NCBI GenBank assembly: GCA_048885535.1
Contig: JBHLLO010000006.1
Location: 4,314 to 68,313 of the forward strand
From: Candidatus Hermodarchaeota archaeon
GTDB taxonomy: Archaea; Asgardarchaeota; Lokiarchaeia; Sigyniarchaeales; SOKP01
Direction of reading: 5' to 3'
Length of the DNA stretch: 64,000 bases
In this document: positions 58,230 to 64,000 of the stretch, piece after piece
Numbering within the stretch: position 1 is the stretch's first letter
How the letters are laid out: each line of letters opens with the position of its first letter
The notes under the pieces: model-generated
Database searches by the model: none
The model's input: the letters and a program-made list of their open reading frames with translations, nothing else
What the model was told of the DNA's origin: nothing
Program-made: the position numbers and the translations under genes

Positions 58230-59975
58230 CTAATATTTATCTATAATTTCTTTTAAACCCAAAATTGGCACAATTGTTTTATTTGGTCTAAAGAGTAATT
58301 CATAATCTAATTCATGTAGAGCTCTCTCTATCGTAAAATAATTGATTAATGTAAAATGTAGTTTTTGTCCTTCTTCAAAAAGTTTTCCCATTAATTTATT
58401 TTCCCAACTATTAAGTAATTTTAAAAGGATTTCGAGAATTTTATGTTTTTGTGTAATTTTTGAGGCTTTTCTAAAATATGTGCTAAACAGAAATTCTTCA
58501 GCTACTTCAAATTTATTGGGATCAATTATCTTGTCTTCAATGAAATTAAGCAATGAATTAAATTTGATATAACTTAAAGATCTTAAAAATGAACCCAAAT
58601 CTTTCTCGATAGGAAATTTACCCTTTTTTTCCTTAGGAGTCAATTGAGGATCACCCTCAAAATCAATAAAGAAAAATTGGTATACTCCATTTATCTTATT
58701 ATAGAGAATTTGTTGCATATGCAAATCTTGGTGCACAGGTTGAATTTCTATCTGAGGAATTTTAAATTCTGATCTAAATTTCTCGATGATATCTTTAATA
58801 TCTATTAATATTGAACTTACTTTAGGGGATTTAAAGAATGAATCTTCTGATTTTTCCTTCATTTTGGACTGAATTGCTATGATCATAGAATTTAATTTAT
58901 TTGTGTACTGTTCAAGAAAAGTCTCACTATCAACTATTTCTTTATCAAATTCTTTTTGATCAGGTAGGATAAGAGATTGATGCATTTCTTTTATATGAAT
59001 CCCAATTTTTTCTGAAACTTTTAGAGATTCAATACAATTTTGATTTATTATATTTGCTATAGTTTCTTTCTTTTCAAGATAATTATAATCCGCATTAAGA
59101 TCCTTGAAAACTTTATAAATCATATTATTAAGCTCGTTCCAATAAATATCTCCCACATTGCCTATATTAGGTACATTTTGGAGGATTCCTATTGTATCTT
59201 TTTCATGGAATTTCAAAGTTCCATATATTTTTGGAGCATTAGGGAATTGATTCTTGACTAAAACAAATAAAAGTTTTGGCTCAAAACTCACGAGGAATTC
59301 CTTATAGGATTTCACTACATATGAGGTTGGATCAGAATTTGGGATATTGAGATTTTTAATGCTCAATAGAAATAATAGATTAGTTGTATTACCTCCTCCC
59401 AATTGCTCCAGTGAAAGTTGATATCTATCTCGATATAAACTAGCTTCTATAAGATTCTGAACTTGTCTCATATTAACCTCATCTTGGAATTGTTCTATAT
59501 ATAAAGTTAAATCTAAAGACATGGAGGGAAAAAGTTCAGAAATCTGTTTATCAAAGAGAATTTTTTTCCAAAAAAATAGACAGTATTCAGCTTCAATTAA
59601 ATTAACCGGAAAGACATTACTCTTACCCTCTTCAGGAATACTTCTAACTAACATCTTACTAAATGTCTTTTCTGTTAATCTAACTATATTTTCTCTAACA
59701 TTTTCGACAGGGTCGAGAATATCAGTTATTTTATGGTAATATATCAATGGTAAAAAATAGGATTTAGAATAATTATCCTTCACAATAGTTATTACAGTAA
59801 TGAAGATTCTTCCCAATATAAATTCAAAATGTTTTAATACAATTTTAAACTCCAAATTTGATAATAATAATTTATCTCCGAACCATCTTTTAGAAATTAG
59901 CCACGCTTTAAATTCATTAGAATCTATAACTTGCTGGATTAAATTTTTATCAAAATCCGATGACATAAGGATCAA
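58230..59975 (-). CDS. Maltokinase (Mak/Pep2)-like kinase
   Basis: Cap motif WLISKRWFGDK; VKSY; VHQDLHMQQIL; FIDFEGDP; DLGSFLRS..Y; ERALHELDYEL. Confidence 0.8.
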   Translation of the reverse strand: MILMSSDFDKNLIQQVIDSNEFKAWLISKRWFGDKLLLSNLEFKIVLKHFEFILGRIFITVITIVKDNYSKSYFLPLIYYHKITDILDPVENVRENIVRLTEKTFSKMLVRSIPEEGKSNVFPVNLIEAEYCLFFWKKILFDKQISELFPSMSLDLTLYIEQFQDEVNMRQVQNLIEASLYRDRYQLSLEQLGGGNTTNLLFLLSIKNLNIPNSDPTSYVVKSYKEFLVSFEPKLLFVLVKNQFPNAPKIYGTLKFHEKDTIGILQNVPNIGNVGDIYWNELNNMIYKVFKDLNADYNYLEKKETIANIINQNCIESLKVSEKIGIHIKEMHQSLILPDQKEFDKEIVDSETFLEQYTNKLNSMIIAIQSKMKEKSEDSFFKSPKVSSILIDIKDIIEKFRSEFKIPQIEIQPVHQDLHMQQILYNKINGVYQFFFIDFEGDPQLTPKEKKGKFPIEKDLGSFLRSLSYIKFNSLLNFIEDKIIDPNKFEVAEEFLFSTYFRKASKITQKHKILEILLKLLNSWENKLMGKLFEEGQKLHFTLINYFTIERALHELDYELLFRPNKTIVPILGLKEIIDKY

Positions 59976-60144
59976 CTATTATGATATATATTCAAAATTA
60001 CATATTAAAATTATATTTAATTAATTTATTCTTCTAATCCTAAATTATTTAGAAATTTTATAAGCGACTTTGACTTAGAAAAATCATAAGTTTTCATTTA
60101 TAGAAAAAAAGAGAAAATAAAGATAATAAGAGTAGGATTAAAAT

Positions 60145-60693
60145 ATGTCATCTCGAAAGATAAAAAAACAAAAATATGGGAAAGAACGTATACTTTATGA
60201 AATTAAAGAGAGCTTAGAACATAAAATCGTTTTAAGGCTTGAAGCCCCACTTCTTGGTTTAATCGCATTTAGTGTTGCGTTATGGGGCTCAAAAATTTTC
60301 ACAGCACTCTCACCAGGAACAAGTCTAATTTTTCAAATAGGGGGTTATAATATTCATTTCCACCACTTTCATTATGGCATCATTGCATTAGCAATTGGAT
60401 TGGTACTTACTTTTTTTGAAGGACGTTGGTTTGTAAGAATTGAACATCTTCTATTTGGTGCGGGTTTAGGTTTCATTGTCGATGAATATTGGTTACTTTT
60501 AATATTCGATGATTATGCAGCAACGTATTTCGGTCCAGAATCACAATTCATTTCTGCAATGATTGGGCTAGTAATTACTATCATTTATATCGTAATAATA
60601 ATAGGAGTATATTTCGCAACAAAAGAAGAAAGAAAAATTTGGCGAGAATTATATGATGCCGTTAAGTCAGATAAAGTCAAGCTAGATTTATAA
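60145..60693 (+). CDS. Hypothetical membrane protein with HFHHFHYG motif
   Basis: Four hydrophobic segments; GYNIHFHHFHYGI; FGAGLGFIVDE. Confidence 0.72.
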   Translation: MSSRKIKKQKYGKERILYEIKESLEHKIVLRLEAPLLGLIAFSVALWGSKIFTALSPGTSLIFQIGGYNIHFHHFHYGIIALAIGLVLTFFEGRWFVRIEHLLFGAGLGFIVDEYWLLLIFDDYAATYFGPESQFISAMIGLVITIIYIVIIIGVYFATKEERKIWRELYDAVKSDKVKLDL

Positions 60694-60950
60694 AATACTC
60701 CCTCTAAAAAATTTTTTTTAATATCTTTTCTTTTACCTTTAATTACCATCTTTAAGAATGGTTATCATTTTTGATTAAAATTTTTCTTTTAAAAAATATA
60801 TTTTAAAAGAAGAATAATGTTCGGGTACTCCTTAAAGATCGATTTGATTTTTTTTAAGAAACAAATATTTTAAATAATTTCATTATTTATTTTTAATTCT
60901 TATTGTTATTCAAGTAATCATTTTACACAATAAAAGAGGATTAAGTAGAT

Positions 60951-63128
60951 TTGCCAAGAGAAAAAATAATATACCTCCCAATTGTCTTTCATTTTCATCA
61001 GCCTATCAATAATTTTGAATTTGTAATTGAAGACGCATACCAAAAATCATATAAACCGTTATTGGAGAGTCTTTATGAATACCCTCAAGTAGAGGTAGCT
61101 TTACATTTCTCTGGGAATTTATTGGAATGGCTTATCATCAATAAGCCCGATTTTATTAAGATGCTAAAACAAATGGCTAAGCGGGGTCAAATAGAGATAA
61201 TTGGAGGTGGATATTACGAGCCAATTTTTTCTATTATCCCATATAGGGATAAAATTGCTCAAATTAATAAATTATCTGCCTTGATTAAAAAGGAGTTCAA
61301 TTTAGAAGTAAAAGGAGCTTGGTTATCGGAAAGAGTATGGGAGCCAAACTACCCCTCATTTTTGAGTGATGTTGGCTTAAAATATGTTATTGTAGATGAT
61401 AATCATTTTCGATCAACTGGTATAACTAAAATTGACACATTTTATTCTTACAATACTGAAGATGAAGGAAAGACATTAAGAGTTTTCCCTATTAATGAGG
61501 AGTTAAGATATCTAACTCCTTGGAAACCTACTTATCTATCAATTGACTATCTAAAGAAACAGGCTGATGAAAAAGGAGACAGAATGGCATTATTAATATC
61601 TGATGCCGAGAAAATGGGTGTATGGGGTACAACTCATGAAATATGCTATGTGGATGGAAAAGGGCATCAAGACGGAGATAATGGCAAACCGTTCATACCG
61701 GCTTTTTTAGAACAAATTATTAATAACCATTGGATAAAGTCAATCACGCCTTCAGAATATATGGAGAAGATTCCTGCGCGAAGTTTAGTATATCTTCCAA
61801 CCGCAAGCTACGATAAAATGGAAGAATGGGTGTTATTAACACCTATTAGAAAAAAGTTTGAAATTCTTAGAGAGACTATTAGGAAAGACCCTCAAAGGGA
61901 AGATGAATATCTATTCTTGAAAGGGGGTTTCTGGCGTTATTTCTTAGTAAAGTATCCCGAATCAAACAATATGCATAAGAAAATGCTCTACGTTCGAAAG
62001 AAACTTATTGAACTAGAAGAGAAATTAAGTAAAAATGAATTGGAGCAATATCAATCTAGAATTGATGAAGCTTGGGAAGAGATCTATAAAGCTCAGTGTA
62101 ATGATAGCTATTGGCATGGGTTATTTGGGGGCGTATATTTGCAATTTTTACGATTTTCAGTTTACACACATTTAATTACTGCTGAAAAAATTATTGATGA
62201 ATTAAATGCAGAAATAGATAAGATACCCAATAAATACATATCTATCCTTCCCTTTGATTTTAATAAGGATAGCAAAATGGATATTCTTATTGAATCAGAT
62301 CTTATAAATTTGTATGTTAACACTTCTGATGGAGGAACTATTTTTGAATTAGACTTTAAACCTAAATCATATAATTTATTAAATACATTAACTCGATGGC
62401 CTGAAGCTTATCATGATAGTGAAAAAGTAAATAAAGAAGAGGTCATGGTTGATAGGTTTAAAAGGAATATGCTAAGAATAAGAATTCTCCATAAAGATGT
62501 CACTCTAAAACAGATTGAACAAGATACTTATTCTGAGCTTGGGACTTTTATTGATAGTGACTTTAAAGTTATTCGAAATGAGAAAGATGGGAAATCAGCA
62601 ATTTTGGAATTGGAAAGCATGGGTTCAATTAAAGACCCTAATTCAAATGAGCAATATCCTTGTTCAATAATAAAGAAAATTATAGTTGTAGACAATAAAA
62701 TAAATATAATTCTGAAGGGTAACTTTAAAAAGGAACCCAGAAAGGAAGATTTAATTGGAATAATCTTAGATAAACTAGAGCTAGGAATAGATATACCATT
62801 TTTCTTTAATGGAGATCCTAATAAGTTCTCTTGGGAAAGCAATCAGGTATTATTTGCAAATGCTAAGAAGAATGAACTTATTAAGTCGTTCGAATATGAG
62901 GGTTATCACTTCAAAGCATTTGATGAAACTTATGACTTAATATTTGAATTTGAAATCTCTAGCTCCTCAAAACTAGATTTAGAAAACGTAAAAATAAGTA
63001 AATTCCCAATTATTGCATATACGTATACAGATGAAGGATACAAAAAAATATTTCAAGGAATTAATGTACTACCTCGATTCAAACTGTCAAAAAACTTTGA
63101 ATATAATATTGAAATGAAGGTATATTAA
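60951..63128 (+). CDS. GH57 4-alpha-glucanotransferase / alpha-amylase (AmyA-type, DUF1925/DUF1926)
   Basis: HFHQP; GGYYEPI; WLSERVWEP (nucleophile); SDAEKMG (acid/base); WRYFLVKYPESN; AQCNDSYWHGLFGGVY. Confidence 0.93.
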   Translation: MPREKIIYLPIVFHFHQPINNFEFVIEDAYQKSYKPLLESLYEYPQVEVALHFSGNLLEWLIINKPDFIKMLKQMAKRGQIEIIGGGYYEPIFSIIPYRDKIAQINKLSALIKKEFNLEVKGAWLSERVWEPNYPSFLSDVGLKYVIVDDNHFRSTGITKIDTFYSYNTEDEGKTLRVFPINEELRYLTPWKPTYLSIDYLKKQADEKGDRMALLISDAEKMGVWGTTHEICYVDGKGHQDGDNGKPFIPAFLEQIINNHWIKSITPSEYMEKIPARSLVYLPTASYDKMEEWVLLTPIRKKFEILRETIRKDPQREDEYLFLKGGFWRYFLVKYPESNNMHKKMLYVRKKLIELEEKLSKNELEQYQSRIDEAWEEIYKAQCNDSYWHGLFGGVYLQFLRFSVYTHLITAEKIIDELNAEIDKIPNKYISILPFDFNKDSKMDILIESDLINLYVNTSDGGTIFELDFKPKSYNLLNTLTRWPEAYHDSEKVNKEEVMVDRFKRNMLRIRILHKDVTLKQIEQDTYSELGTFIDSDFKVIRNEKDGKSAILELESMGSIKDPNSNEQYPCSIIKKIIVVDNKINIILKGNFKKEPRKEDLIGIILDKLELGIDIPFFFNGDPNKFSWESNQVLFANAKKNELIKSFEYEGYHFKAFDETYDLIFEFEISSSSKLDLENVKISKFPIIAYTYTDEGYKKIFQGINVLPRFKLSKNFEYNIEMKVY

Positions 63129-63413
63129 AATTTTTTCATTTAAAATATTTTTGCTTTTATGTGAATAGATTTAGTCGGTTTTATGAAGCTTTAAATATAA
63201 TTTGCTCATATTATCAACTAATAAATATTTTTTTGTATGGTTTTTGTATGGATTTTTACAAAAATGGCAAACGTAATGGCTTTAATTATGCTAAAAATTC
63301 AGCCAAACAAAACATTGAGAATAATGAATTCATAAAAAAAATCCGTAAAAAGCTAATGGAAGAAAAAATGAAAAAGAAAACCCAGAATTAGATTTCTTCT
63401 TTTTTTTAAAAGG

Positions 63414-63998
63414 TTATTCTGACCAACCATATTTTCCAATAAGGCTTACAAACCTGACTCCAGTAATGTTCTCAGACTTGAAATTATCTCCTTTTCGGCG
63501 AATGATATAAAGAGTCTGACCCCATTCCCGAGATCCGGCAGGAATGCAGAGAATCCCTCCATCCTTTAATTGTTCTTTATAAGGAGGAGGTATTTTTTTA
63601 GGTGAAGCTGCAGTTACTAAAATTTTATCATATGGTGCGTTTTCAGGATATCCTAATGTACCATCACCACATATAACTGTCACTCTATCTCCATAACCAG
63701 TATTATTAAGAGCCTCCCGTGCATTATCTGCCAACTCTTTATGCCTTTCTATGGTATAAACATGACCTGGATTTTCAGAGTTATCTGGTGCTACTATTTC
63801 GGCACATAAAGCAGCGTGATAACCGGAACCTGTTCCGATTTCTAATACATTATCTCCCTCTTTAAGTTCTAAATATTCACACATCATGGCATTCATATGA
63901 GGAGCGCTTATTGTTTGCCCCAAACCAATGGATAGTGGTGAATCTATATAAGCAGAGGATATTGCCCCCTTTGGCAGAAATTTATGTCTTGGAACTTT
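63414..63998 (-). CDS. pcm: Protein-L-isoaspartate O-methyltransferase, 5' end truncated by window edge
   Basis: Frame extends upstream of the track start (KVPRHKFLP...AYIDSPLSIGLGQTISAPHM); VLEIGTGSGY; GDGTLGY; YDKILVTAA; VRFVSLIG. Confidence 0.95.
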   Translation of the reverse strand, partial: KVPRHKFLPKGAISSAYIDSPLSIGLGQTISAPHMNAMMCEYLELKEGDNVLEIGTGSGYHAALCAEIVAPDNSENPGHVYTIERHKELADNAREALNNTGYGDRVTVICGDGTLGYPENAPYDKILVTAASPKKIPPPYKEQLKDGGILCIPAGSREWGQTLYIIRRKGDNFKSENITGVRFVSLIGKYGWSE

Positions 63999-64000
63999 CA

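Noticed and set aside
60784-60811. 11-bp inverted repeat TTCTTTTAAAA...TTTTAAAAGAA upstream of the GH57 gene
   Set aside because: Almost entirely A/T in a very AT-rich spacer, so plausibly chance; no second copy seen at other sugar genes.
6834-63391. Short ORF-track entries overlapping long genes (e.g. 6834, 9897, 11601, 14324, 15203, 16584, 21307, 21955, 27033, 27841, 28339, 30659, 34992, 36096, 38434, 43631, 44823, 45439, 46847, 49104, 53285, 55656, 58342, 59040, 59521, 59800, 62528)
   Set aside because: They overlap well-supported genes in another frame or strand and have no recognisable motifs.
63161-63391. 76-aa ORF between the GH57 gene and pcm
   Set aside because: No SD or motif and low-complexity composition; it could be real but is not supportable from sequence alone.
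1-64000. CRISPR arrays, tRNA/rRNA genes, transposases, integrases and selenoprotein UGA recoding
   Set aside because: I saw no spaced direct repeats, GC-rich structured RNA tracts, mobile-element motifs or homology continuing past a UGA by eye; tRNAscan-SE and Infernal runs would be needed to exclude small RNAs.

Overview
This is an AT-rich, gene-dense archaeal chromosome segment, most likely from an Asgard archaeon (Lokiarchaeia). That assignment rests on archaeal RadA, EndA, CdhA and A/V-ATPase genes co-occurring with Rab-like and Arf/Rag-like small GTPases, a V4R/Bet3-like protein and a vWA-RING protein. I found no rRNA, tRNA, CRISPR array or mobile element. Main blocks: (1) glmS head-to-head with an SIS-only paralog. 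(2) A putative amino-acid fermentation locus at 5.2-13.9 kb, with a fused glutamate-mutase-like B12 enzyme and an opine dehydrogenase nested among 2-hydroxyacyl-CoA dehydratase subunits and their activator. (3) A complete but reordered A/V-type ATPase operon (K-C-H-F-E-A-B-D-I). (4) endA, MEMO1, pfkB, osmC and radA. (5) An alpha-glucan gene set: two GH57 branching enzymes, a catalytically degenerate phosphohexomutase, a nucleotidyltransferase, a GalT-like protein, a maltokinase, a GH57 glucanotransferase and a GH13. (6) A cluster of longin-like/GTPase, V4R and Rab-like genes. (7) A stand-alone cdhA with a CooJ-like Ni chaperone, followed by a Rag-like GTPase, a vWA-double-RING protein, an MtrH-like protein and a SNAP/TPR-like protein. 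All family calls come from reading motifs by eye; no database search was run. The best candidate for an undescribed system is the B12 mutase/opine dehydrogenase/dehydratase locus.
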